A DNA stretch of 64,000 nucleotides from Monocercomonoides exilis PA203. Lineage: Eukaryota; Protista; Preaxostyla. The stretch is taken from NCBI GenBank assembly GCA_001643675.2, contig LSRY02000003.1, positions 620,001-684,000 of the forward strand. Reading direction: 5' to 3'. Both the position numbers and the translations under genes were made by a program. The first letter of the stretch is position 1; each line of letters begins with the position of its first letter. The notes beneath the pieces were generated by a model. The model was not told the origin of the DNA. It searched no databases and saw only the letters and a list, made by a program, of their open reading frames with translations. Positions 51,001-60,762 of the stretch are shown here, one piece after another.

Positions 51001-52770
51001 ATGACAAATGAAAGAAATGAACAGAATTCAAATACAGAAGAAGAAGAGATGTGCAGATGGGAAGGGTCTCTTGTGGATGTTGTGAAGAGTTCTGTGATGA
51101 TGAAAGATACAACAATCTCGAATTCACAAGAAGGTGGAATTACGATGAGTGGAGGGACCATGACTATTAATGATGGAAGATTTGAGAACAATAATCCATC
51201 AATTGAAGGATATCCATCGCTGAGAAGAAACATCATCTGTTCAGATTCAGGAGTATTGAATGTGATGAGTTTGAAAGGAGGTGATGGTTGGAAGGATAAT
51301 ACTTCACTCTGGATGTTGAATGAAGGGTGCAGTTTTGAAGGGATTGTTTCTGAGAGAGATTCACCATTCTTCATTCCTGTGTTGGAGAGTGTGGAAGCAA
51401 AAGAAGAGACAGACAGAATGAAGCTGATATTCAAAGGGATGCTCCTTATTCCATGCAATCTGTCATTCTCAGTTGTTAAGAGGAAGGGAGAAGAAAAAGA
51501 GATTGAAAAGCACAATTTTGAAACAAATGGGTTTTTGACGGAAAGAGAAGTTGAAGGGAGCGTGGGAAAAGATCTGATCAGCAATTGCGGAGATGAAACA
51601 GAAGTGAGCGTGCATGTTTTGTTTGGGTATGAAGAATTTCCTTCATCAACAAATTCATTCATTCTGAAAAATGCAAGCATTTCTCCTCCAAAAGATGATG
51701 AAAGGATTGTTGAAGGAGGAAATAAGAATAACAATGGAAATGTGAATATGATTGAATGGAGCTTGTTTGCTTTTATTGGCTGTGTTGCAGTTGTTATTAT
51801 TCTATTGTTCGTAATTGTTGTGGTTGTTGTGCTTTTGCGAAGGAAATTGAGGGAAGCAGAAAGGAAAGCAGAGGCAGCAGATTCAGAAGCGAAACAAATA
51901 ATGGGAAAGATTGAGAAAAGAAGAAGGGAAAACAACGGAGGGAGCTTTGAGATGAGTGAGATGCCATCAACATTGCTGGAAGGGATGACAAGCCAAATTC
52001 CACTTCTCATTGACAACGATGAAGATCTTTCTGAGCCTCCTTCAATGACTGATGGAATACTGAATGAAAATGATCTTCCAGATCTGGAACCTCCATTGCC
52101 ATTGTCCGAGAATGCTTCTGTTTCTGATGTTCAACAAAATAATTCATTCAATGTGATATCAGCCAAGAAGCCATTTCGAGAAAAGGAGAAAAAGAACATC
52201 AAAACATTGCATTCAGTGATTCATTCAGTTCAGGGCAATTTCACACTGGGAACAAGAGTGATGGATGTTGTTGATGGAAATGAAGTGGTTTTGGCAGTTG
52301 CAGAGCTGTTTGAGCATTTGATTTCGGTTGATGATGAAAGGGTGGAAATGATGGCGAGGCAGCTGTGTCCGTATTCAATCTTTGTTGACGAAGGAAACAA
52401 TGAAATATTTGTTTTGACAGAGGAATTGAAGGATGAGAAGCAGAAGGAAGAAATGAAACGATGGAAGGCTTCTGAAGCCGGAAATGAAGATGAGGAAGTG
52501 GAAAATGATGGAATTGAGCAGGCAGTTGTTTTCACACTTGGACTGATTCTGCATGAAATGACAACAGGTGAAGTGCCATTGAGCGAGTGTGAAGCCGATG
52601 AAGCACAGGAGATGATGAGGGATGGAGTGCGACCACTGACAGAAGGAATCGAAGGAGAAGAAATGGTTGAGCTGATAGAGAGGATGTGGGCAGATGAGCC
52701 AGATGGCAGACCCACTTTGGGTGAAGTGATTCAATCGCTGATGGAAATGGCAGAGAATGGTGCAGAGTGA
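45037..52770 (+). CDS. Large type I membrane protein: signal peptide, right-handed beta-helix (Pmp/pectin-lyase-like) ectodomain, TM helix, and a cytoplasmic TKL-type pseudokinase C-lobe
   Basis: ATG at 45037 gives MKRNSTAIFLLTIMLCFLTRSEA. GGA(L/I)(Y/F) and FxxNxA repeats (GGALYV, GGALYC, GRGGALMI, FSANKASVGRDVY, KGGAIFF, FSANTANVGNDVF). Repeated CGxxxxPCxTI module starts. TM helix LFAFIGCVAVVIILLFVIVVVVVLL followed by RRK (about 51763-51846). C-terminal RWKASE...VFTLGLILHEMTTGEVP...GVRP...LIERMWADEPDGRPTL corresponds to kinase subdomains VIII-XI. Intronless. Confidence 0.88.
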   Translation: MKRNSTAIFLLTIMLCFLTRSEAIKNMLPNGQAENVGNTIFNHITCVEASLNIINASLSVTHLNIIPLAGCPLLTAQHHSAASICSSTCQVNPAAKSPLFLSAHASLSLTNFSLTTRQPAIFSFPLFSTPNNLLPNAHSPIPASFSISHSSFSSFISLIQPFIFSPSSLSSPSPSSFSSSSSSSSFSSSSPSSSPSISSSPSPLHIYHQFHPHFQIHLNLHLSNALFSNISSPQSHSSLQSLPSHSLHSFISTTSSSSSTSISTNTNTNSIPSFSLHSSLSIHSTIFLHTHNPIDGAILPNLNSPSTSLFAFNTSFLHQTRSLSNAAVVYEGNETHRKTPGRLTSFDVNSHKFEWCIWENTTGGSSEGGALYVNRANANLTITSCSFHNCSTTGGYSGGALYCELLLNVNIAKSNFTSCSALHGGAAYVGWPQSSSVWSISENRVESCSITKWCGTGWYFLLNDMLSNGQFLFSKCWCIANSGGNSAGSLTFFDPPQNKPSQFLVNDCQFINNKLTSSSTSYGGAALCCTATYSWMNEIKFITFCFFDGNSASSGRGNDVFFNGSSITQSPFENCGSTTLTKRVWNNNTADSDVYNGWLPFITQNKIVASNGTDADACGRPQQTPCATIEYALNGFISLLQDTSLTLLSSTFVPTQTLTFSAVDTRITGNGTTATTIASSGIPQPQNSHSQSSQSTSSFSSASSSPDPSATSALFQQSQGSLTVSALAIAHNSTNPITPILFHLSQNSPSLNLNTTTITGTTSITIKTPLFFLTAGSLALNHTAITQLSLNSQSIFHLTSLTNPLTLNSSNITGITSTTTPTSCVLSSATSPALSLSLTNCTITNINSEQFSQQTSTNGGCISFASSSTANTFSVRNSTFSTCSVSEDTSSGGRGGALMIEYKDDSEVSSTTFSITNIVFSANKASVGRDVYFVCESFVASVKEPLFAFMRSITEKDNSVVGHDRTEVFGDWNVDLFVFFDGFFDDTIYVDGISGVDKVYCGLEKVPCLNVNYGMERLKKTQNRKEEIIVISKPSLTGCVNVSKMCIKAREEAVVNIECQRDVNGSDGCILKSTSITEMKFIGIVVPSSFSRTITSVIESNTQNGELHMKNCEMSVIGGKGNTIEFFLIRSTGKMVELDSVTISDVKSTVSLFSFSLSPGNVNERESEEKHKAKLLNCTMEGCSLAERSFGESPLVMASSVLFENSNFSNVVNTGSGEGGVAKVILKGNENLIINSTNASFCSLSTGNGKGGFLYLDCQNCLNEKPFLFENVSFANNNAAIGKNMFILGKDFNASVTNDSFNFDYSSMINDKTLFVGSDSHHSNKDLFVFLIPYSSFEIFISSSGFDVARCGSEEEPCFTMWKGMENMEKDIGKKTIQIEGSTVIRDSFNVSNYLIKKSVKMEEENVKAILNFEKAIGSQLEYFMENDGQLELSNIQLQLASGFDNSAKTIISNKEGTLVITGCAFHSEAGVNNEFDCVFVDAIGGCVEVNDLSIESRNVGNSIFVIHDIGLTCQLKNVRVESLNESGGCILSIKKSEPGLKINEGGEGVNIEIEKTSFSGVKRSDNGASILESKSEKKIDLVVNESNITEVKAEESEKGGAIFFTLGSSGSMKMLDSTISHCSCSGSTGKGGGVYLATKERGELNFTFVGMKFSANTANVGNDVFIECFNITSQINESQFQFDLRENHYSRINAIYGIDSCDYPRDTDLIDFVTIHQSDTIIVSSLNGSNEKQCGTNALPCDSIEHGLMHLTSEYVSLLHIDTKSAIEEEINLKEMSLSSKSRDLCEVEVKSNIGKTREALISTTGTVSLSRVNFVFDSEFISSHDSLISPEGGILEIMNCSFTTKQLTEGINAEFANIPFHIFNMAKGELQLDGCTMSNLILHESTLYLSSPLPSVIDSLTICNSTIKTSLININECGQLTIKNFKTENITVEGNEESFISCLSTKNTIQLTNCTIGGVNTMTTKGKLMKLEDCLDVKMDSCLFDGMTNERNEQNSNTEEEEMCRWEGSLVDVVKSSVMMKDTTISNSQEGGITMSGGTMTINDGRFENNNPSIEGYPSLRRNIICSDSGVLNVMSLKGGDGWKDNTSLWMLNEGCSFEGIVSERDSPFFIPVLESVEAKEETDRMKLIFKGMLLIPCNLSFSVVKRKGEEKEIEKHNFETNGFLTEREVEGSVGKDLISNCGDETEVSVHVLFGYEEFPSSTNSFILKNASISPPKDDERIVEGGNKNNNGNVNMIEWSLFAFIGCVAVVIILLFVIVVVVVLLRRKLREAERKAEAADSEAKQIMGKIEKRRRENNGGSFEMSEMPSTLLEGMTSQIPLLIDNDEDLSEPPSMTDGILNENDLPDLEPPLPLSENASVSDVQQNNSFNVISAKKPFREKEKKNIKTLHSVIHSVQGNFTLGTRVMDVVDGNEVVLAVAELFEHLISVDDERVEMMARQLCPYSIFVDEGNNEIFVLTEELKDEKQKEEMKRWKASEAGNEDEEVENDGIEQAVVFTLGLILHEMTTGEVPLSECEADEAQEMMRDGVRPLTEGIEGEEMVELIERMWADEPDGRPTLGEVIQSLMEMAENGAE

Positions 52771-54689
52771 CACGAGGTACGAATTCAATGAACACCAACC
52801 AAAAACTTGCATTTTGTGAAATTGGAAAAACTGAGACTTGCTCTTCTCTTTTTATTTAATTTGAAGCTTCTTAAACGATTTGTGCTGATCCGAAAATATT
52901 GTATATCTTAACTTGGTGATTATTTTTATGAATAATCGTGGAAATACTAAAATCTGAGCCAAAAACCAAAACTTGTTCTCTATTTCATTGCTCATTCAAG
53001 TCCATTTTGATTTGAAATAGAAAAAGTGATTTGTTAAAAAGTTTAAACAGTTTTGAATGTTATTTGAATTTCATTTTATCGCTCATGCCAAACAGTTGAG
53101 AATATCATTTTATTTCAAACAACAACTTCAAATCAGGTTTTTCAATAATATTCGCAAATATTAAACATGGGCGATGAAAAGAAAATAAAATAAAACCATT
53201 CGTTTGAGTGAAAAATTAACATTTGGCTAATCTTATTTGAAATTCAACTTCCATTTCAATTTTAATCATTTTTGCACAATGAGAATTCTATATACTGTTT
53301 CAAGTACAATTGACAGTTTCTTAAACAGTTGTTGTGGGATTTTTCATAATTTTTCAGATATTCCCATTGAGAATAATAATTTTGTTCAAAATTCAAACGA
53401 TGTTTTGATTTCAAAAAGAATCAGCCATATAGGTTCAGTAATTTATCAGTGTCAAAAAAACTAAACGGGACCTAAATTTTCTGGCTCTCTGGAGCACTTT
53501 TCGAAAAAACGAAATAACAGGATATCTTCAAAATGATTATATGTACTATTCCTGAAAGTATTTTTTTTTTCAATTTTAGAAAAAAGATCTGGTATTTTTT
53601 GTTTAATTTTTTTGATCAAAGACTTCATTTTTTTTATTATTTTCTCTATTTCACTAAATTTCGATAAAATTTAAAAAAAATCGTGAAATAAGAGTTGCCA
53701 TGTTTTTTTAAGTTGAATAATAGTTATAAAACTGATAGATATGTGTAACATTTAAATTTTGAAATGAGAGCATGTGATTTGAAGCAAAAGAGACAAAAAT
53801 ACACAAAAACAAGTTTTTTTAAGAAAAAAATCGCGATCATATTAAATTCAAGATATTCATCCTTTTGAATTACTTTATATGTTAACAGTTTTCATAGTTA
53901 AACTTCAAATATTTAATAATATAAATTATTCAAAACAAAATATTTATGGTAAATTTTTAAGGCGAGATATAATCAAGTTGACAGACGAGTTGAGCAAAAA
54001 TATAAACAGAATTTGAAAAGCACTCTTTTTCTAATTATTTTTGAATTATTGTTATTTGGCGAAACTTCATCTGTCACGTTCAATTTTAAAAATGTGAAAA
54101 ATAAAAAAATAATGGGTGAGATCATTGACTTCATTTGCATCTTTCCGTTTCTCCACATATGGCTTTCAAATATTGATAAATTCTGCTGTTTGTGTGTTTA
54201 TTTATGTTGTTTATTTGTTTTTATCAATCTTTATTAAAAATATTTTGTTTTTAGCTGTTAATTTCGATCGTTCGCTTTGTCACTTACACTTTTACTCTCA
54301 ACAAAAGGGTGAAGAAATTTTCATCTTGGAAGTGTGATAACTTATTAAATGGGTGATTATTTTTGTAATCATATTATTTCACTCAAAAATTTCGGTGCAA
54401 AAATATTTCTTGAATATCAATAAACAAAAATTGAATAGTGTGAAGGCTTATTGAATTCATTTAATTCTTTGATTCAGAAAAACCATATGTTTTTTTTAAA
54501 ACAATAATCACGCTTTTTCTCTTTTGAACAAAAATTTTCATTCAAAAACAAATAACCTTTGAAAAATCAACACGCCGAAAAAAGATATGATTTCAAAAAT
54601 AATCACCCAAATATTATTAACTTATGTTCAATTTTAAATTTAAATACTCGATATTATGTTTTTTTTATTTAATAGACAATATTTTTTTG

Positions 54690-55000
54690 TTTAGAGTTGA
54701 GCGGTCTTTAAGATGATACAGAACTTTGAACAAACGAAAGAATTAATCGAAGAAATGCATAAAGAAGAATTTGTTCCTGTTTTTTACTGAAGAATTGTTC
54801 GACAAAATGCACAAAATGTTTGACGAAAGAAAATTTCGTTGGAGAAAGCTGCTGCTTGCTAAAGACATGGGATATTTCAAAGTGCTAAAAATGACTTTAT
54901 AAAATTTTTTTGATGAATCTTTTTTGAGCGATCGATTTCAGAAAATGATGAGGAGAAAAAATGAAAAGAAAAAGAAAATCTTTTGATTGATCTTCACTAT
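54690..55000 (+). pseudogene. Decayed 5' fragment of the 16179-17500 gene family, inside element 1
   Basis: Reads across frameshifts as ELIEEMHKEEFVPVFTEELFDKMHKMFDERK...MGYFKVLK...FDESFLSDRFQKMM...LLIDL, against ELMKDINQEEFTFIFTTEMMDKIDKMIEEKK...VGQCEVLK...SLLCRRFERMI...LMIDL. Confidence 0.75.
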
Positions 55001-55729
55001 CACTTTGGTTTTATTTTTTTATAACTTTATTCAATGCATATTGATCATGAATTGTATTTTCTTTGTTTGTTTTCATAAAACAAGAAAGAATCAACAAAAT
55101 TGTGAAGGAAATTGTTTATGTTTTGTATTCATTGAATTTCCAACTGTCTTTCTTCACTATGTATCCGATTTTTAAAAGTTTAATAGCTTATCTCACAAAA
55201 AACAATTGAAAATATTAATTTTAAATTAATAAGAAGATATGCATGTTGAAGTTGAAGCCAAAAAGTGCGACAAAGCAAGTTCAAGAGCAGAAAAAAATGA
55301 AAATCTATCATTTTTGATGCTTATTGATTTCATTCGTTTATCAAATGAATTTTTCACTTTTTTCGAAACCGCTTTTTGAATAGAATATTTGAAGTGTGAA
55401 AACATTTTTGTTGTTTCTTCAAGCTTTAATTTTTCATTGTTTTGATGAGAGATATCAAAAAATGAAGAAATGTTCTCATTTTCATGATATTCATGTTATT
55501 CCAAAAAAAAACTCTAGAAATATTAAATTCAAAATGAAATTCCAACAGCCTTTTCAAAACAAAACAAAATAAATATAATTAACCATAATCAAAACCTGTA
55601 TATCTCTTTTTTGATAGGCCAGATAAATCAGAAGATTCAATTAATGAAATTTTTTCCATTTTTTCAAACAAATAATATCAAAGAATTCTCAGAAACAACA
55701 AGGAACAAAAAGCATGTCGTTAATAAACA

Positions 55730-56460
55730 AATGAAAAATTACCCTCATTTAAAGCAATAATAACTGCTCCATCATTTAACAAGTCTTCAACTTTTAAAAC
55801 ACTGCTTCTCTCCACTTTGCTTAATGAATAAATGTTTTTTTCGACAAATATCTCAGTGATTGTCCTTTTCAGCTTAAACTTATTTGAAAGGCTTGTAATT
55901 AGTCGAATAATTTTTTTAATAATATGCTGAAGTTAAAACAAAAAGTTGTTGTTTGGATGTGTCAAATGATAAATTTTGCTTCTTTCTTTTCTTCTTTGTT
56001 CAATTCCTCTGATACTCTCTTTCATTCTATTCATTTTTGCATCTTGTCCAATTCTCTTTTTGCTTCTCTTGCAAAAATGAGGTTCTTTTACAACAACTAT
56101 TTCGAAGCGTATGTGCAAAATAATATTTTGTTTAAAAACTCCGAAGTTGACTGGCAGGCAAGGCTTGTGAAATAGCATTGCTCCTGATTATGTTGGATAA
56201 TCTCTTTGATTGCATTTATTAATAAATCTTCTTCAATTTTCTAATCAAACCAGAAAATGATCAATAAATAAAGCCGAAACAATTCTAAGAATTAATCAAT
56301 GAACAAATCACATTCTTTCCTTCAAAATGTGACTCAGCACCTACAAAGTCATTTCGACTTCTTTATAAGAAATTCCTCGCTCACTTCTTTGATCGATGCA
56401 ACATCCAAAAGACGGAGCACACAAATGAAAATCAATTTCGATGAATCCCAAACAATAAAA
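55730..56460 (-). pseudogene. Decayed middle and 3' fragment of the same family, opposite orientation, inside element 1
   Basis: The minus strand reads LIFICVLRLLDVASIKEVSEE/YKEVEMTL*VLS, then an intron-like gap, then NQEQCYFTSLACQSTSEFL...FAREAKRELDK...KVEDLLNDGAV. The intact gene reads ILPCVLNVALKKEESEETLKEVEIALLAIS / HQEHHNLTPLAYQSTWKFL...FSREAARELEE...ANDVLKGGV. Multiple stops and frameshifts. Confidence 0.75.
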
Positions 56461-56933
56461 TATTGCATTCGTTTAATATTATTAATAGCCTCTCATTTCG
56501 TTCTTTCTTTTTTCCATTTCAGTTCAATTGAAAAGCAACATAAAATATAAATATATTAATTTCAAAATGAAAAATCAAAATAATAAACATACATCTTTAT
56601 GATACAACAAGCTAACAATACGTTTCAAGTTTGCGCTGTAATACGAAATTTATTTCTGTATCTTTTTGTGCTGAGTACAAGTGTAAGTGACAAAGCGAAC
56701 GATCGAAATTAACAGCTAAAAACAAAATATTTTTAATAAAGATTGATAAAAACAAATAAACAACATAAATAAACACACAAACAGCAGAATTTATCAATAT
56801 TTGAAAGCCATATGTGGAGAAACGGAAAGATGCAAATGAAGTCAATGATCTCACCCATTATTTTTTTATTTTTCACATTTTTAAAATTGAACGTGACAGA
56901 TGAAGTTTCGCCAAATAACAATAATTCAAAAAT

Positions 56934-59900
56934 GGCAAGTTCCAAGTATATGGGCCATCGATAAAAAATTCTATCTATATTTTTAACGAAAGAAAATATT
57001 ATATTAATTTATTTAAAATTAGTTAAATCTGTCGAAAATGCATTGTTTGAAACTTTCATTTTTTCATTTGATCTATCCCATAACATTTTTTTGTTTTTAA
57101 CTGGTTAGAAAACTTTGTTTATTGCTCGAAATAAACACTCTTAGAACTTTTATGTTATTTGTATTGAATTAGAATCGATTATGCTTAGAAAGGCCAAAAA
57201 TTAATTTCGCTATGTGAATATGAAACGCTGCAAATGTTTGATATTATTTTTGTGATGAATTTCTCAATTTTTTTAATATCTTTAAGCAAAATTGATTTTT
57301 GAAAGAGAACAAAGTTACAGCAGTCAATTGTTGATGGCACAAATGTCTTATTCAGCTTGTCTGTCTGTCTTCTTGGAAGCTTTTGATGTTCATATTGATG
57401 AGTGATGAGACATGAGAAGTTACAGTGAATGAAGTGCATTTTGTGAAAAAAAACAACAAGCGAATAAATGGAATAGTTGAAACGTGTGAATTGGAAGAGA
57501 CAAGAAGAAAAGATGGATGAACCGTGAAGAAATAATGAGAAAAAAAAGATCCTTTTGATGAGCAGGTTTGAAACAATATTGTTATTTTTTTTTTCATTAA
57601 GAGAGTGGAAATTAGAAAACATCGGTCTTTTTGGAAACAATGCATAGATCTATGAGGCAGCAAAGGAAAATAACAAAGATATATTACTGTGATGCCTTCT
57701 TTTTCAAGGATAAGCAGCAGATAAAAGATCTTTGGAAGTTAAAGACATGTTGAAAAGAAGGAATCGTTTTTATTGTATTGAAAAAAATTTAGCTGACAAT
57801 AAAGAACGACAAGATAGAATATTATTGCTTGACAGATTCTTTGAAAGTTTCAAAAAGACAAAACGAAAGGATTAAAGATGAAATAGATGAAGCGAAAAAA
57901 AAGGGTTGGAAAAAAAGTGTAAGTGGAGAAGATATAAGAATGAAACGAAAATGTCATTGCTTATTTTTATGAAACATTATGGTTTTTTCAACGAAAATAA
58001 TCATGATTACAGTCTGTCCGTAATTAATGTTGATCTGTCCGAAAATTATGTTGATCATACCATGCTTATTAATTCAAATGATAAGCCATATTTTTAATTT
58101 ATTTGATTCTGGATAAATAAAAATTTTTGAACTCAAGTGGATGATGGAGTGATCACTTTTTTTTCAGTATAGGTGTGATTTCCATTGTTTGGTTTTTGTT
58201 TTCATATTGTTAATTAAAAGGTTATATCGTTCTTTAACAGAATATTTGGAAATAATCAATCTATCTGGTTATCAATCTAACTGGAAAGTGTTCGTAATAA
58301 AAACACATTTCACGAATTAAATTTTGATTCCGACCACTTAAATTATTTTTGTTTTTTTGAATATTCCGTTTTTTGAAAAAAAAAATCTTTCATGATTTTT
58401 GTTTGAATTTTGTTTTCATTGAATTCATTTCAAACTACTATGACCAAAATTATTGCATCAGAAAATGATATCGCAATTAATTATCTGTTAATTATCGTTT
58501 TAATCTACTCTTTTAAGCTTTTCAACAAAATATGAAACATTAAATAAATTCTTAATAAAAATCAAATCCTGAAAAAGTCAAACATTGTTTAACGAATTAA
58601 AATGCTAGACATAAACATAAGCAACACGATTAAATACTGGAAAAATTTATTACAAAGAAACAAAAAGTAATTGAAAAAAAAGCATCAATCAAATTTAACA
58701 ATTATTACAGAAAACTGATGAAAAAACATTCAAATGGAATAGCGTCAAATGCCTGATTTGTGTTTTGCTCAACTCAAATTAAAAACTTCCTTTTAACGTT
58801 TTGTGATAATCAAATGAAATAGTTCTATTTTCACCCCCTTTCCAATTGATTTTTCATTCAAAAAAGATGAATATGAAAGATAAAAAACAACGGATCTAAA
58901 ACAAACTTCAAGAAATTGCGACTTCATGAATTTATTGAAGCATTTATTGTGTGTGAAAATTCGCAAACACATTTTCTCATTTTGCAACATTCTTGACTTC
59001 GATTTTGTGATTTACGCTTGCTTTGTCAACTTCTCATTTGTTCTCTTTCGTTATTTCACTAATTCAGCTTTGTTTGTTAGATATTAAAAAGAAATAGTAT
59101 TACAAATTAAATTTTTTGATAAGGGTATTGAAATTAAATGAATAAAACTTTGTAAACTTTTCCTAATCCATTTCTTGATAACATGAGAACGAAAACAACA
59201 TTTCATGAAACACGTGAGTTAGTTAGAACTGAGTAACAATTATCGGATCATTCAATATTGGGTGATGGTTCAAAATATTGTTGATGGTATGATCAACATT
59301 ATTTTCGGACAGATCAACATTAATTACGGACAGACTGTATATATTGTAGGATATTTCAGATTATCTTGTTATTGTTTGAGGAAATTCATAGTATTTTGTG
59401 ACTTTTAATTATCAATTTTCTCTTTCATATTCATTTCATTAAAAAAGAAAAATAATTGTTGCATTTTTGGCATTGCTTTTATTAATTATTTTATTAAAAA
59501 AAAAAGGATGAAAAGAATAAAAAATTTCTTTCTTCAATTCTTTCAATTATAACCCTTTATCTTTGTCAAAAAAGATTCGTATAAATTTATAAATCAAATT
59601 GTTCTGCCATAACATCTTGAAGCTAATTGCATTCTCCACTTGTTTTCTTTCGTTGCATTTTCAATGAATTTGAGGAAAAAAAGAATGCAATGAGATTTCT
59701 GGTGAAGAATATTTGGAAAAAATAATAAAAATAATAAAAAAATAAAAAAATAAAGAATTAGAATGAGAATATATTTCAAAAACCGCGAGATAAAAGAAGA
59801 TTATAAAGACTGAAAACTTTCCATTTATCTTTCAACTTTCTCTTTTGGCAAGAAATCTTTAATGGAAATTCTTCCAATTTTTATTTCATTTCTCTTCACT

Positions 59901-60762
59901 TCCATTCCATCCATCACTAAAAAGTGACTCAATCCCAATTCATCTGAGTTGCATGATGTCTTTCTTGTCGGAAGTGAAGGAAGAAGGAGAAGGAGAACAA
60001 TTTTTTGAAAGTTGTTTGATTGCTGATTGTTGCACTTTCTCTATAGTGTGTGAGTGCAAATAATGAAATGAAGGTCGCAATAAACACATATTTCAACAGA
60101 AGAAAAATTTAATAAACATTTTGTTGAAACAATGAGCATTTGTGAAGTCAAGACGAGAATGAAGTCTGAATGAAAAACAAGTTCAAATTGCATTGCAATT
60201 TAACAATTTCATTTTTTAGGCTGATTAGAGGCATTTGCTATTGCTGCTTGCAGAATATCATTTTGAAACTCCTTCTTCCTCAATATTTTTTGATTGTTGT
60301 TGCTAACTGTGATTCTGCACAATTTTCAGTTATTTCTTCGTTTTCTTCCATTAAGCAGTTCATTACATGAATATTAAATCATAAGTCTTCTTTTCAAAAA
60401 TCAATTTTGCTTAAAGATATTAAAAAAATTGAGAAATTCATCACAAAAATAATATCAAACATTTGCAGCGTTTCATATTCACATAGCGAAATTAATTTTT
60501 GGCCTTTCTAAGCATAATCGATTCTAATTCAATACAAATAACATAAAAGTTCTAAGAGTGTTTATTTCGAGCAATAAACAAAGTTTTCTAACCAGTTAAA
60601 AACAAAAAAATGTTATGGGATAGATCAAATGAAAAAATGAAAGTTTCAAACAATGCATTTTCGACAGATTTAACTAATTTTAAATAAATTAATATAATAT
60701 TTTCTTTCGTTAAAAATATAGATAGAATTTTTTATCGATGGCCCATATACTTGGAACTTGCC
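56934..60762. mobile_element. Non-autonomous TIR element 2 (3,829 bp) with 371-bp perfect TIRs (56934-57304 and 60392-60762); Mutator- or Merlin-like GG...CC ends
   Basis: It begins GGCAAGTTCCAAGTATATGGGCCATCG and ends CGATGGCCCATATACTTGGAACTTGCC. The arms match by hand over 371 bp. The interior holds decayed coding-like sequence and element 3. No intact transposase and no TSD seen. Confidence 0.82.
58010..59337. mobile_element. Non-autonomous Tc1/mariner-type element 3 (1,328 bp) with 54-bp TIRs and TA target duplication, nested in element 2
   Basis: TA|CAGTCTGTCCGTAATTAATGTTGATCTGTCCGAAAATTATGTTGATCATACCAT at 58010-58063, with the reverse complement (1 mismatch) at 59284-59337 followed by TA. 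TA flanks plus CAGT...ACTG termini are the established Tc1/mariner signature. Confidence 0.88.

Larger units (their letters stand above)
54037..56933. mobile_element. Non-autonomous TIR element 1 (at least 2.9 kb) with 255-bp perfect inverted repeats (54037-54291 and 56679-56933), carrying host-gene fragments
   Basis: ATTTTTGAATTATTGTTATTTGGCG...GTCACTTACACTT is reproduced as the exact reverse complement by hand comparison. The ORF track shows matching peptides on opposite strands (54116+ and 56854-). No transposase ORF and no clear TSD. Confidence 0.75.

Noticed and set aside
54013-56945. Matching short ORFs on opposite strands (54013+/54116+ versus 56945-/56854-) as duplicated genes
   Set aside because: They are translations of the 255-bp inverted repeat. 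They support the repeat but are not credible genes.
57320-57400. IVDGTNVL motif suggesting a PIN/NYN nuclease fragment in the element 2 cargo
   Set aside because: A single short motif followed by stops; not enough to assign a family.
58010-58063. 21-bp direct repeats as a CRISPR-like array
   Set aside because: Only two adjacent units with no spacers, in a eukaryotic context, and part of a TIR.
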